A stretch of DNA of 64,000 bases. Source: a virus. Taxonomy: Duplodnaviria > Heunggongvirae > Uroviricota > Caudoviricetes. The stretch lies in the IMG/VR virus record IMGVR_UViG_3300029621_000179. One strand, written 5' to 3'. Within the stretch, counting starts at the first letter, position 1; each line of letters opens with the position of its first letter. Both the position numbers and the translations under genes were made by a program. The notes under the pieces are model-generated. The model saw only the letters and a list, made by a program, of their open reading frames with translations, ran no database searches and was not told where the DNA came from. Of this stretch, positions 1 through 10,436 are shown piece by piece.

Positions 1-1
1 A

Positions 2-172
2 GAGGCAGACGACCCGGCAGAGGACATCGACTTCGATGAGATGCTGGCTCGCATCCACAAGGAAACCGGTCTGTGTGAGAAGGTCATTCTGGCAGTTCTG
101 AAGGCACAGGCCGATTATCTGGATGACCTGTGGGGGGATGAGGAAGAAACCGGAGAGGAGGCAAACGCATGA
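2..172 (+). CDS. hypothetical protein, C-terminal fragment (5' end outside window)
   Basis: Open frame from the window edge to TGA at 170-172; acidic C-terminus; the next gene overlaps it (ATGATG). Confidence 0.35.
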   Translation, partial: EADDPAEDIDFDEMLARIHKETGLCEKVILAVLKAQADYLDDLWGDEEETGEEANA

Positions 173-822
173 TGGACGAACTGAATGCTTTGAACACTCC
201 GAAAAAAGTCGTGGACGGTCTGGTCGAGGTCTTTGACGGGCTGGCGCAGATGTTTGCCGGCGTATCCGAGCAGCTGGATATGCTGGCGGCAAATGCAAAG
301 ACGGAGGACGAGCTGGAGCTTCCGGTGGCAGAGCAGCCGGTACTGCCTGTAACAGAAAAGAAAGGCCCGGCGGTTTCGCATCCCCGTAAGAAGCCGGTCA
401 AGAAAACCAAAAAGGTGGAAGAGACGGCTACTTCGGCCATCGAGGAAACCGCAGAGGTGCCTGTGGTAGAAGATTCTGGCGAGGCAGAGGAAGCAGTGAA
501 CTCCGAGAGTTCAGAAACTGCAGAGAGTGAGCATCCGGTGGATGATGCGGATGCGCTGCCGTGGGAAGAAGATACCGGTCAGAAAGAAGCATCGTCCGAC
601 AAAACCGCTGGCAAGGATACACCTGCTGCAAAAGCAGAAACACGGTCTGCGGTGACGATCACCAAGGACGAGATCACGGCGGTCATTGTCGCCAAGATCA
701 AGAAGAAGCGTGATAACAACGAGAAGATCGGTCAGCTTCTGAAGACCTATGGTGTGGACCAGCTGTCTGACCTGCCTGCAGAGAAGTACGAAGCATTTCT
801 GGCAGATGTCTCCCAGATTTAA
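169..822 (+). CDS. hypothetical acidic phage protein
   Basis: 217 aa ORF with a start overlapping the upstream stop; Glu/Asp-rich middle and a conserved-looking C-terminal domain; no family recognised. Confidence 0.5.
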   Translation: MMDELNALNTPKKVVDGLVEVFDGLAQMFAGVSEQLDMLAANAKTEDELELPVAEQPVLPVTEKKGPAVSHPRKKPVKKTKKVEETATSAIEETAEVPVVEDSGEAEEAVNSESSETAESEHPVDDADALPWEEDTGQKEASSDKTAGKDTPAAKAETRSAVTITKDEITAVIVAKIKKKRDNNEKIGQLLKTYGVDQLSDLPAEKYEAFLADVSQI

Positions 823-833
823 GGGAGGTCATC

Positions 834-2057
834 ATGCCGGAAGTACATGCAATCCTTTCTGCTTCCAGCTCGAAGAGGTGGCTGAATTGTACTCCATCTG
901 CAAGGCTGGAGCAGAACTTTCCAAATGAATCCTCGGTGTATGCCGAGGAAGGAACTGCCGCCCATGCGCTGGGCGAATACAAGCTGCGGAAATATCTGCA
1001 TGAACGGGTGAAGCGCCCAACCTCCGAGTACGAGGATGAGGAGATGGAAGCGAACACTGATATCTATGCGGAGTTCATCATTTCCACAGTGGAGCGTATC
1101 AAGGAGACCTGTCCGCATCCGCTGGTCATGGTGGAGGAGCGGCTGGATTACAGCTACCTGGTTCCGTCTGGCTTTGGTACCGGCGACTGCGTGATCATCG
1201 CAGACGGTACGCTTTATGTCATGGACTACAAGAACGGCAAGGGCGTGTTCGTAAACTGTGACCATAATCCGCAGATGATGCTGTACGCCCTGGGTGCTTA
1301 CCACGCCTACGGATATCTGTACAGCATCAAAAAGGTGTCCATGACCATTATCCAGCCGAGACTGGAAAATATCTCAACGTTTGAATGCAGTGTGGAGGAA
1401 CTGCTGGACTGGGCAGAGACCTATGTCAGACCAAGGGCAAAACTGGCTTTTGAAGGAAAAGGCGAGCAGGTTCCCGGGGACTGGTGCCGGTTCTGCCGTG
1501 CCAGAACTTCCTGCAAAGCCTGCGCTGATGAAGCAATGGCTCTGGTGAAAGAAGAGTTTCTGGATCTGGATGCCGGTGTGCTGGAGGATGAAACCGAGGA
1601 AACGGATGCGACAGCATCCTTTGACCCGGACACCTCCGTGCCGACCTTCAAATCCCCGGCACTGCTTTCCAAGACAGACATTGAGAAGATGCTGCCGACC
1701 CTGAACCGTATCGAGTCCTGGATCGAAGCCATCTTTGCCTATGTCAGTTCGGAGGCCATCAATCATGGTGTCAGCTGGGATGGATATAAGGTGGTCGAGG
1801 GCAGGAGCAAGAGGCAGTTCCTTGATACGAAATCGGTGGTGGCTGCTGCAGAAAAGGCCGGATACACCGATATTTATAAGACGGAGCTGATCTCCCTGAC
1901 AGCCTTTGAAAAGCTCATGGGGAAGAAAAAGTTCCAGGAGATTCTGGGAGAGTATGTGGTCAAGCCGCCCGGTAAGCTGGCACTTGTCCCGGATTCGGAC
2001 CCCAGAGAGGCAGTCGATCTGCAGACTGCGGAAGATGAATTTGCTGTCCTCGACTGA
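834..2057 (+). CDS. PD-(D/E)XK nuclease, DUF2800 family (Cas4-like, Cys cluster)
   Basis: RBS GGGAGG upstream; N-terminus MPEVHAILSASSSKRWLNC and Cys cluster CRFCRARTSCKAC match DUF2800; it sits in the usual DUF2800-DUF2815-PolA module. Confidence 0.7.
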   Translation: MPEVHAILSASSSKRWLNCTPSARLEQNFPNESSVYAEEGTAAHALGEYKLRKYLHERVKRPTSEYEDEEMEANTDIYAEFIISTVERIKETCPHPLVMVEERLDYSYLVPSGFGTGDCVIIADGTLYVMDYKNGKGVFVNCDHNPQMMLYALGAYHAYGYLYSIKKVSMTIIQPRLENISTFECSVEELLDWAETYVRPRAKLAFEGKGEQVPGDWCRFCRARTSCKACADEAMALVKEEFLDLDAGVLEDETEETDATASFDPDTSVPTFKSPALLSKTDIEKMLPTLNRIESWIEAIFAYVSSEAINHGVSWDGYKVVEGRSKRQFLDTKSVVAAAEKAGYTDIYKTELISLTAFEKLMGKKKFQEILGEYVVKPPGKLALVPDSDPREAVDLQTAEDEFAVLD

Positions 2058-2102
2058 GGGCAGCAGCAATACACAAAAACAGATTGATGGAGGATTTTTA
2101 TT

Positions 2103-2687
2103 ATGGCTAACAAGATTTCCAGTGCAACTAAGGTCGTGATTCCGTGCCGTATCTCTTTCGCAAACATTTTTGAAGCAAAGAGCATCAACGGCGGCGAGGC
2201 TAAGTATTCCGTTTCCTGCCTGATCCCGAAGGAGGACAAGAAGACCCTGCTGGCGATCCACAAGGCAGTGGAGGCAGCCAAGGAGGATGGCAAGACCCGT
2301 AAGTGGGGCGGTAAGATCCCGCCGAACCTGAAGCTGCCTCTGCGTGACGGTGACATCGACCGCCCGGATGACGAGAACTATCAGGAGCATTTCTTTGTGA
2401 ATGCCTCCAGCAAGGATGCACCGCAGGTCGTGGACCGTCATGTCCAGCCTGTGACAGACCCGATGATGGTCTACTCCGGCTGCTACTGCAACGTCAGTGT
2501 GAACTTCTACGCTTTTAACGCCAATGGCAACCGCGGTGTGGCTGCCGGCTTGGGGAACGTACAGTTCGTCAAGGATGGTGACCGTCTGTCCGGCAAGGCA
2601 TCGGCAGAGTCAGATTTTGATGCGCTGGACGATGAGGATGTTCTGGGCGGCGATGCCGGTGAGGAACTGCCGGATTACCTTCGCTAA
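2103..2687 (+). CDS. DUF2815 family phage protein (putative ssDNA-binding)
   Basis: RBS GGAGGA; N-terminus KVVIPCRISFANIFEAK is typical of DUF2815; immediately upstream of the polymerase. Confidence 0.65.
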   Translation: MANKISSATKVVIPCRISFANIFEAKSINGGEAKYSVSCLIPKEDKKTLLAIHKAVEAAKEDGKTRKWGGKIPPNLKLPLRDGDIDRPDDENYQEHFFVNASSKDAPQVVDRHVQPVTDPMMVYSGCYCNVSVNFYAFNANGNRGVAAGLGNVQFVKDGDRLSGKASAESDFDALDDEDVLGGDAGEELPDYLR

Positions 2688-2710
2688 GAGAAATACAGAT
2701 AAGTAACCGT

Positions 2711-2745
2711 GCCGGGGGATGCCAGAGTGTCCTCCGGCTTTTTAC
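2711..2745 (+). terminator. hairpin plus T-run between DUF2815 and polA genes
   Basis: CCGGGGG...CCTCCGG stem (one G-U wobble) followed by TTTTTAC. Confidence 0.3.
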
Positions 2746-2765
2746 ATCGAATAGAGGTGAGATAT

Positions 2766-4763
2766 TTGAAAGAAACGCTGATCGATATTGAGACCTACAG
2801 CGAGGTGGACATCGGAAAATGCGGCCTGTACCGCTATGCTACAGATCCCAGCTTTGAGATCCTGCTTATTGCCTGGGCGACCGATGAAGGGGACGGTTTT
2901 GGCGAGACCAGGTGTGCAGACCTTGCATCGGGAGAACCGCTCCCGGAAGAGCTGCTGGAGGATTTTCAGTCTGGAAATGTGCGGCTGATCGCCCACAATG
3001 CTTCCTTTGAGCGGGTCTGTTTTTCCGTGCATCTGCAAAGACATCTGCCGGGACAGTATCTGAAACCCGGAGAGTTCCTGTCGCCAGACAGCTGGATCTG
3101 CACGATGGTTATGGCGGCATCGTTGACTCTGCCAATGGCTCTAAAGGATGTTGGAGCCGTGCTGAAGACCAGCCAGCAGAAAGACAAGGAAGGCGAGCGG
3201 CTGATCAAGCTGTTTTCCATGCCCTGTAAGCCGACGAAAAGCAATGGGATGCGTACCCGGAATCTTCCGGAGCATTACCCAGCAGATTGGGAGAAGTTTA
3301 AGTATTACTGCATTCAGGATGTCAACACCGAGGTGGACATTTATAAGCGGCTGAAGAAATTCCCGATGCCGGTGCAGGAGTGGAAGCACTACCGGGTCAA
3401 TGAGCGTATCAATGACCGGGGCGTAAAGATCGACACGGAGCTGGTGCAGCAGGCCGTTGCCTGTGACCTGATGCTCTCGGACGCTATGAGTAAGAAAGCC
3501 TACGAACTGACCGGGCTTGAGAATCCCAACTCTGTGTCACAGCTGAAGTCATGGCTGGATGAACGGGGCATTCCAATGGACACGCTCGGAAAAAAGGATG
3601 TAGCACAGATGATCGATGAACTGGACAAGAACGGAGTGGATGCTGAGGCAATGGATATGCTGAAGCTCCGGCTCCAGATGGCAAAAAGCTCTGTGAAGAA
3701 ATATCAGGCGGCAGAACGCTGTGTCTGCTCAGATGGCAGAGCAAGAGGTCTGTTCCAGTTCTATGGGGCCAGCCGCACAGGTCGGTATTCCGGCCGGAAT
3801 ATCCAGTTGCAGAATCTGCCGCAGAACCATATTTCCACGCTGGATGAGGCGAGGGAACTGGTGAAGCTGGGGTGTTTTGATATGGTCGAGACCATCTACG
3901 GCAACACCCCGGACGTGCTTTCACAGCTGATCCGAACCATGCTGATCCCAAAAGAAGGCTGTGAGTTCATCGTGGCTGATTTCTCTGCCATCGAAGCCCG
4001 TGTGCTTGCATGGGAAGCCGGGGAGGACTGGCGACTGGAAGCCTTTCTGGAAGGAAAGGACATCTACTGTGCCTCTGCCAGCCAGATGTTTCATGTGCCG
4101 GTGGTGAAGCACGGCATCAACGGGGAACTTCGGCAGAAAGGAAAGGTGGCAGAGCTGGCCTGTGGTTATGGTGGTTCTTCCGGTGCGCTCATCAGTATGG
4201 GTGCTCTGCAGATGGGCCTGAAAGAAGAGGAACTGCCGGAGATCATCGATTCCTGGCGGGAAGCCAATCCAAAGATCGTCCAGTATTGGTGGGATGTGGA
4301 AAAGGCGGCAACGCAGGCATTCAAGACCGGAAAGCGACAGGAGATCGGCAAGCTGGCATTTGAGTTTTATTCCGGTACGCTTTGGATGCTGCTTCCTTCT
4401 GGAAGAAAGCTGGCGTATCTGAAGCCGAGACTGCAGCCGAACCGCTTCGGAAGGATGAGCCTGACCTATGAAGGAGTGGGGCAAAACCACAAATGGGCCA
4501 GGCAGGAAACCTACTCCGGCCGGCTGGTGGAGAACGCAACCCAGGCCATCGCCCGTGACATTCTGGCAGAAGCAATGGCCCGGATGGAAGGCTATGGTCT
4601 GAATATCGTAGGTCACGTTCACGATGAAGTCATCATCGAAGCACCCAGGGATCAGTACACAGTGGATGAGGTCTGCAAGCTGATGTCTGTTAACCCGGAG
4701 TGGTGCAAAGACCTTCCTCTGAATGCTGCCGGATATAAGGGCAGCTATTACTTTAAGGATTAA
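2766..4763 (+). CDS. family A DNA polymerase (Pol I-like) with 3'-5' exonuclease domain
   Basis: TTG start after RBS AGAGGTGAG; Exo I motif LIDIETYS; a long polymerase domain follows (KGKVAELACGYGG, HVHDEVIIE). Confidence 0.8.
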   Translation: MKETLIDIETYSEVDIGKCGLYRYATDPSFEILLIAWATDEGDGFGETRCADLASGEPLPEELLEDFQSGNVRLIAHNASFERVCFSVHLQRHLPGQYLKPGEFLSPDSWICTMVMAASLTLPMALKDVGAVLKTSQQKDKEGERLIKLFSMPCKPTKSNGMRTRNLPEHYPADWEKFKYYCIQDVNTEVDIYKRLKKFPMPVQEWKHYRVNERINDRGVKIDTELVQQAVACDLMLSDAMSKKAYELTGLENPNSVSQLKSWLDERGIPMDTLGKKDVAQMIDELDKNGVDAEAMDMLKLRLQMAKSSVKKYQAAERCVCSDGRARGLFQFYGASRTGRYSGRNIQLQNLPQNHISTLDEARELVKLGCFDMVETIYGNTPDVLSQLIRTMLIPKEGCEFIVADFSAIEARVLAWEAGEDWRLEAFLEGKDIYCASASQMFHVPVVKHGINGELRQKGKVAELACGYGGSSGALISMGALQMGLKEEELPEIIDSWREANPKIVQYWWDVEKAATQAFKTGKRQEIGKLAFEFYSGTLWMLLPSGRKLAYLKPRLQPNRFGRMSLTYEGVGQNHKWARQETYSGRLVENATQAIARDILAEAMARMEGYGLNIVGHVHDEVIIEAPRDQYTVDEVCKLMSVNPEWCKDLPLNAAGYKGSYYFKD

Positions 4764-4775
4764 AGGGGGAACGAG

Positions 4776-5114
4776 ATGCCTCACGTTCTAAAAATGAAAG
4801 ACGGAAAACTCCTTACACCCTTTGGCATCCGGGATCTGCTGGATGCGGTGCAGGACTATGCCGGAGAGGAACTCCGCCGGGAGATCGAGGAATATATCGA
4901 AACTAATGTGCAGGATATCGATGATTACGAAAAAGAGTACGACCGCATGGAACAGGAGAATGAACGCCTGGCTGACCATCAGCGGTCAGTCCTCTGTGAC
5001 ATCCGGGACGAGGTGGCTGCTCTGGACACACTCCTGCAGGATACCCGGCTGAACCGTAGACGTATGCAGGGTGCCGTTCGGATCATCCAGCAGATGATCA
5101 ACCGGGAATTGTAA
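4776..5114 (+). CDS. hypothetical protein
   Basis: 112 aa ORF packed tightly after polA; charged, coiled-coil-like. Confidence 0.45.
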   Translation: MPHVLKMKDGKLLTPFGIRDLLDAVQDYAGEELRREIEEYIETNVQDIDDYEKEYDRMEQENERLADHQRSVLCDIRDEVAALDTLLQDTRLNRRRMQGAVRIIQQMINREL

Positions 5115-5213
5115 GCACTTGTAGTTATAAAAACACGGCGTTTTTGTCGGAAGGACACGGACGCATAAACAGGCGTATAAATATGCGCCGCAGATATAGA
5201 GAGGAAAATTGCT

Positions 5214-6281
5214 ATGAAAACAGGAAGAAATTTGCAGGAAGTCCTGGTCGAACTGAACCGTCAGAATCAGGCAAAGCAGGATTTTATCAGCCCGGCGCAG
5301 GGAATGCGCCTCCGGGAGGATGGACAGACTTTTGAGATCAACCACCTTACCACCAGCCAGCAGGAGGTGTTTGGTACGACCTCCCTGTTCCATCGTCAGG
5401 TGGCATCAGCACTGGGTATCCCGGCCAAATACTATGATCTCATGCAGAAAGAAAAGCCGGAACTGCTGGCAGAGAATGTGAACAGCTGGTTTGCGGACAA
5501 GCCCAGCTCTTACATGGTCCGCTCTATGGATTACGGTGCCGGACAGGTAGCCCGTGCGCTGCTATCGGAACGCTATCGCCGTATTGACAACATGGAGATT
5601 GCCACATCCGTCTTGCCGCTGTTTGCAGGCAACGATCAGTACGAGGTCATGTCCTGTGAGGTAACGGAGAACCGTCTGTACCTCAAGGTGGTCAATCACC
5701 GTCTGGAGATGGAAGTCCGCAAGGGCGACATCGTCCAGGCTGGTGTGATGATCTCCAACTCCGAGGTCGGTCTGGGAGCTGTGTCGATTCAGCCGCTGGT
5801 ATACCGTCTGGTCTGCACCAACGGCATGGTGGTCAATGACATGGGCGAACGCCGTCATCATGTGGGCCGGCAGGCAAAAGCAGTGGAGGATAGCTTTGCC
5901 CTGTATTCGGATGAGACGATGGAAGCAGAGGACAAGGCATTCCTGCTGAAACTCCGCGATACCACGATGGCTGCCATTGATGAGGCTCGCTTTTCCCAGG
6001 TGGTCGGTCGCCTGCAGGAATCTATGGCAGTGCCGATCACCGGCAGGGTACAGGATGTGGTGCAGCTGACTGCCCAGAGCTATGGCATCAATGCCGAGGA
6101 ACAGGAAGGTATCCTCAAGTACCTCATTGAAGGCGGAGACCTTTCTCTGTACGGTCTGTCCAATGCGGTGACCCGTGCATCGCAGGATGTTGTTTCCTAT
6201 GACCGTGCTACCACACTGGAGGGCATCGGCTGGCAGGTTGCCACGATGGAGCCGCAGCAGTGGAAGCAGATCAATCAGTGA
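5214..6281 (+). CDS. phage/plasmid-like protein (possibly DUF932/TIGR03299 family)
   Basis: 355 aa ORF in the replication module; the family call is from memory and is weak. Confidence 0.35.
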   Translation: MKTGRNLQEVLVELNRQNQAKQDFISPAQGMRLREDGQTFEINHLTTSQQEVFGTTSLFHRQVASALGIPAKYYDLMQKEKPELLAENVNSWFADKPSSYMVRSMDYGAGQVARALLSERYRRIDNMEIATSVLPLFAGNDQYEVMSCEVTENRLYLKVVNHRLEMEVRKGDIVQAGVMISNSEVGLGAVSIQPLVYRLVCTNGMVVNDMGERRHHVGRQAKAVEDSFALYSDETMEAEDKAFLLKLRDTTMAAIDEARFSQVVGRLQESMAVPITGRVQDVVQLTAQSYGINAEEQEGILKYLIEGGDLSLYGLSNAVTRASQDVVSYDRATTLEGIGWQVATMEPQQWKQINQ

Positions 6282-6290
6282 GGTGACGGT

Positions 6291-6527
6291 ATGGAAGATG
6301 TCATTCACTGGATTACAGAACGCAAAGAGGAAAGTGCTCCGAACAGGAAAGTCAGTCACAGCCACCCGGACCCGACTGCCAATGAAGCCATCGGCAATGT
6401 GGTTCGGGAAGAGCGCAGGAAGAAGCACCAGAAAAGGAAACACCCGAAAAGGGAATGCCAGGAAAAGAAACGTCCACGCATCGGTGTCTGGCGGGCAGAG
6501 GAGGCGAAGCCGGATGAGGGAGAATGA
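6291..6527 (+). CDS. small basic hypothetical protein
   Basis: 78 aa Lys/Arg-rich ORF; it overlaps the VRR-NUC start by 14 nt. Confidence 0.25.
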   Translation: MEDVIHWITERKEESAPNRKVSHSHPDPTANEAIGNVVREERRKKHQKRKHPKRECQEKKRPRIGVWRAEEAKPDEGE

Positions 6528-6933
6528 AGTCGAAAAGCAGTTTGTGGAAGCAGTCAGGGCCGCCGGTGGGCAGGCCCTTAAATTCACCAGTCAGAGCATG
6601 AACGGTGTGCCGGATCGACTGGTTTTGCTGCTCGGCGGCAAGTGTGCTTTTGTGGAACTGAAAGCTCCCGGCAAGCAGATGCGTATCCTTCAGAGAAAAC
6701 GCAGACTGCAGCTGGAGGCACTGGGCTTCCCGGTATTCTGCGTAGACCGCCCGGAACAGATCCAGCCTGCTATCCATGCATTGCTTCGCTGGAAACCGGG
6801 CGAGCCTATCCCCCAGGGAATCGGGGCGAAGATTCCGGAGATGCCGGAAGTTACGCTGCCACAAGGAAATACACAAAGCGAGGAGCTGGAAACACGGGCA
6901 CAGGATGCCGGGGAGGAGGTGATGCCCAAATGA
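6514..6933 (+). CDS. VRR-NUC domain nuclease
   Basis: RBS GAGGAGG 10 nt upstream of the ATG; VPDRLVLL...FVELKAPGK...LGFPVF matches VRR-NUC (PD-(D/E)XK) motifs. Confidence 0.75.
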   Translation: MRENEVEKQFVEAVRAAGGQALKFTSQSMNGVPDRLVLLLGGKCAFVELKAPGKQMRILQRKRRLQLEALGFPVFCVDRPEQIQPAIHALLRWKPGEPIPQGIGAKIPEMPEVTLPQGNTQSEELETRAQDAGEEVMPK

Positions 6934-8312
6934 AGTTCATTCCACATGATTATCAGAGCTACTGTACGGAGTATATCAAAACACACTCGGTCGCAGCCCT
7001 TTTTCTGGATATGGGCTTGGGTTAAGGAAAGACCGTTATCACATTGACGGCCATCAAAGACCTTATGCTGGAGACCTTCGAGGTCAGCAAGGTCCTGATC
7101 ATTGCGCCGCTGCGTGTGGCCCGTGATACATGGCCGGCAGAGATCGAAAAGTGGGATCATCTGCAAGGTCTGGATATTTCTGTCATCGTAGGTGATACAA
7201 AGACCCGCATTGCAGCACTCCACCATCCGGCGATGATCTATGTCATCAACCGTGAAAATATCAAATGGCTGGTGGAGTATTATGAGAAAAACGGAATGCG
7301 CTGGGATTTTGGCATGGTCGTGATCGATGAGCTGTCATCGTTCAAGAACTACCAGTCCCAGCGTTTTAAATTCCTGCGGAAAGTCCGCCCGTATGTGAAA
7401 CGATGGGTCGGATTGACCGGCACCCCTTCTTCCAATGGTCTCATGGATCTTTGGGCGGAGATCGGGATTCTGGATGGCGGGGAGCGGCTTGGCAAATTCA
7501 TCGGCCGGTACAGGGAGGCTTATTTCAAGGCTTCTTCCATGAATCCTTCCACGGGTGTTGTGTTCCAATACAAGCCCAGAGAAGGAGCAGAGGAGCTGAT
7601 CTACCAGCGGATCTCGGATATCACGATTTCTATGAAAGCACTGGATTACCTTCATATGCCGGACTGTATTCCAAGCCGGTATGAGGTGGAGATGAGGGCA
7701 CCGGAGCGGGAACTCTACGATATGCTTCGGAAGGACCTGTTGATCCCGCTGAAAGATGGTGATATAGATGCTGCCAATGCTGCATCACTGACAGGAAAGC
7801 TGTTGCAGATGAGTAATGGTGCTGTCTATGACGAGAACGGCAAAGCGCGAGTCATCCATGACCACAAGCTGGAAGCTCTCGAAGACCTGATCGAAGCAGC
7901 CAACGGACAGCCAGTGCTAGTGGCCTACTGGTTCAAGCATGACCGCCAGCGCATTATGAAGCATCTGGCAAAGCAGAGGATTCCGGTACGGGATATCAAG
8001 AGCAGCACCGACATCAGGGACTGGAATGCCGGGAACATCCCGGTTGCCCTGATTCACCCGGCATCGGCCGGACACGGTTTGAACATCCAGCAAGGCGGAC
8101 ACATCCTGATCTGGTTTGGATTGACATGGAGCCTGGAATTGTATCAGCAGACCAATGCCAGACTCTGGCGGCAGGGGCAGACGGATGTGGTCACCATCCA
8201 CCATATCATCACCAAGGACACGGTAGACGAGGATGTCATGGCGGCTTTGGAGCAGAAGGACATGACACAGGAAAAACTGATCTCAGCGGTCAAGGCACAG
8301 CTGGGGAGATAG
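6930..8312 (+). pseudogene. SNF2-family helicase interrupted by in-frame TAA inside motif I (DMGLG*GKT)
   Basis: Strong RBS GAGGAGGTGA. The N-terminus MKFIPHDYQ...LFLDMGLG is followed by TAA at 7023-7025. The same frame then continues GKTVITLTAIKDLML... through a complete SNF2 helicase core to 8312. Confidence 0.7.
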
Positions 8313-8330
8313 GAGAGAATATGAAAAAGT

Positions 8331-9019
8331 ATCTGTTTTTGAATGCAGAGGACCGCCGTCCGGCAGAGGAGAGCGATTATCGTTATAAAAAGTCCAAGCC
8401 GGTAACGGCAATGAAAGCCAAAAGAGATGAGGAGGGATTCTTCATCCCCTGGGCAATGTTTCGGCCGATTGGCGAAAAGGGACTTCTTTGTGAGCTCTTT
8501 GGTGCAAACCCGATCCGCAGGGCAGCAGACCTGCGGATGAACCGGGATCTTCTCATGAAGGAAGCCTATGAGCATGAAGTGGAACTTCTGATGTGCCATA
8601 TCCGGGCAAGTGAGCTCTGGATGCAGCAGGAATTCTGTAAGGAAGAACAGGCTATTGAACTGTATCAGAAATCCAAGATCCAGAATATGCCCAAGCTCAC
8701 CCCGGACGGAAAACGAAAGGTCCTGCTGGATGCACTCACATGGAAATACGACTGTGTCCAGCAGTACAAAAAGATCTGTTTTCAGTTTGCAGAGGCGGTC
8801 ATTGCAAGGGAAAAGAGCCAGAATCTGGGGAATGCGAACCGGGAGCACTTTATCGAACAGTTCATCAAGAAAGCAAATGAACTGCCGGAAGCAAACCGCC
8901 GTTTGCTGGATCTTTTATATGAGACTGCGTGGCACACGATCTATGTTTTCAAGTACGGAACTGCTCCGGAGAAGGTGCCGGCACCCTGGTATGACAGGAT
9001 GGGAGGCGTTGAAAAATGA
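8331..9019 (+). CDS. hypothetical phage protein
   Basis: ATG 8331 after an RBS-like GGAGAGAA; 229 aa; no family recognised. Confidence 0.45.
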
Positions 9020-9327
9020 GCAGAGTAAGAAGTGCTGCAAAAGTTGCTGTCAGTGAAAATACTGCCTGCTATGAGAACCTGGCAAATGCCATCATCCTGC
9101 AGGCGGTCAAGGATTATAAGTGGGCGCTTCACCGGCTGGATGTCAATCCAAAGAACCGGGATGCAATGCACGAGAAAGAAAGACTGGAACGATTCTTTCA
9201 CTCTCCGTGGTATGAGACGCTTACGGATCTGGATGCGGACCGGCTGATCGAAGGGGTGAAGGAGCGGGTGCATCAGGAAGCAGCCAAGCGGAGAAAGAAG
9301 AAAGCCGCTGGGAAAGCACCAAGCTAA
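9016..9327 (+). CDS. hypothetical protein
   Basis: 103 aa ORF with a start overlapping the upstream stop; basic C-terminus. Confidence 0.4.
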   Translation: MSRVRSAAKVAVSENTACYENLANAIILQAVKDYKWALHRLDVNPKNRDAMHEKERLERFFHSPWYETLTDLDADRLIEGVKERVHQEAAKRRKKKAAGKAPS

Positions 9328-9362
9328 GTACCAATAGGATCGGTCAGAAAGGAGGACGAACA

Positions 9363-9911
9363 ATGGCTGAGGAAAAGAATGTAGCATCTGCCAATGAACC
9401 TGGACAGGTGGATTGTCTGGAGCTGGTCAAAAAACTGGCCGATTCTTACCGCTGTTTGGTCCGCAGACGGGAGCTGCTCCGACAGCAGTATGAAGAATCC
9501 AAATCGTGGTTTTACACGAAAGAAGAGATCATCTATAAACTGTCACAGGGCGCACATGAGGAATCCGAACGGGTGCAGACAAGCGGACTGTCGAACCCGG
9601 TGGAGCGAACGGTCCTTAATTGCGATAAGGTGCTGGCATCCATGAACCGGGAAGTGCAGACACAGCGCACGGAGCAGTTTCTGGAACCTTACTATGAAGT
9701 CTGTGAGCAGATCGAACTCTTTGAAATCGGGCTTCGCAGTCTGCGTGGCCAGACCCGGCTTGTGGCGGAGCAGTTGTTTGTGGATGGGAAGAAGCAGTCG
9801 GAAATCACAGGGGCGGAGGGAAAATTGCTGACCCGGAGAACGGTAGTCCGGGAGAAAGAAAATGCCCTCATTGGAATGGCCGACACAATTGGCCGCTATC
9901 AGAGGAGGTGA
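9363..9911 (+). CDS. putative sigma-70 region-4-like transcriptional regulator (ArpU/RinA-like)
   Basis: C-terminal LVAEQLFVDGKKQSEITGAEGKLLTRRTV resembles a sigma region-4 HTH; weak call. Confidence 0.3.
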   Translation: MAEEKNVASANEPGQVDCLELVKKLADSYRCLVRRRELLRQQYEESKSWFYTKEEIIYKLSQGAHEESERVQTSGLSNPVERTVLNCDKVLASMNREVQTQRTEQFLEPYYEVCEQIELFEIGLRSLRGQTRLVAEQLFVDGKKQSEITGAEGKLLTRRTVVREKENALIGMADTIGRYQRR

Positions 9912-9919
9912 TACGGAAT

Positions 9920-10366
9920 ATGAAACAGGAAACAGCAGAGGACATGCTGGATTTTGCAAAAGAAGTCTGCCAGAAATACAGCAGGGTAAAAACGCTGGCG
10001 GAGGAAACACAAATGCAGTGGAGGCAGGAACTTGAAATGGCTGCGGATTCTAAATATCCGGGTGAAAAGGAAATGTATGACCGGCAGGCAGAAGAAAGTC
10101 TTGCAAGGTATACAGCGGTAAGAGAGTGGCTTAAGCTGGCTGATGCAGCGGCGTTTCGGATCAGAGACAGTAAGGCACAGATCGTTGTGAGACAGCACTG
10201 TCTGGATCGGATTCCGCTGAAAGCGGTCGAATTTGAGAATGGAAAGCATATGGGAAAAACAGCCGTCTTTTATCATAAAAAAATCGGGCTGCAGCAGTTT
10301 TCAGAAGAGCTTTTCTCCAGCAAGGAGCAGATGCGGCAGCTGGAAAAAAAGTTCTGCAAAAACTGA
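9920..10366 (+). CDS. hypothetical protein
   Basis: ATG 9920 sits 9 nt after AGGAGGTGA; 148 aa. Confidence 0.4.
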   Translation: MKQETAEDMLDFAKEVCQKYSRVKTLAEETQMQWRQELEMAADSKYPGEKEMYDRQAEESLARYTAVREWLKLADAAAFRIRDSKAQIVVRQHCLDRIPLKAVEFENGKHMGKTAVFYHKKIGLQQFSEELFSSKEQMRQLEKKFCKN

Positions 10367-10407
10367 ACTTTACGAACGGAAACGAACCGTTTTTGAACTT
10401 TTCCTTC

Positions 10408-10436
10408 TTAACTGTACATCGGTTTTTTGCTATACT
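10408..10436 (+). promoter_or_regulatory. sigma70-like promoter (TTAACT-17-TATACT)
   Basis: Hexamers read directly with a 17 nt spacer, in an AT-rich gap upstream of the MazF-like gene. Confidence 0.4.

Noticed and set aside
6175-6513. Upstream extension of the VRR-NUC ORF (252 aa version starting at 6175)
   Set aside because: The N-terminal 113 aa are Arg/Ser-rich with no homology. A good RBS precedes the internal ATG at 6514, where the VRR-NUC domain begins.
7023-7025. Genome-wide stop-codon (TAA) reassignment as the explanation for the in-frame TAA in the SNF2 gene
   Set aside because: TAA terminates several neighbouring genes cleanly (for example DUF2815 at 2685-2687 and polA at 4761-4763). 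No other conserved gene in 64 kb contains in-frame stops.
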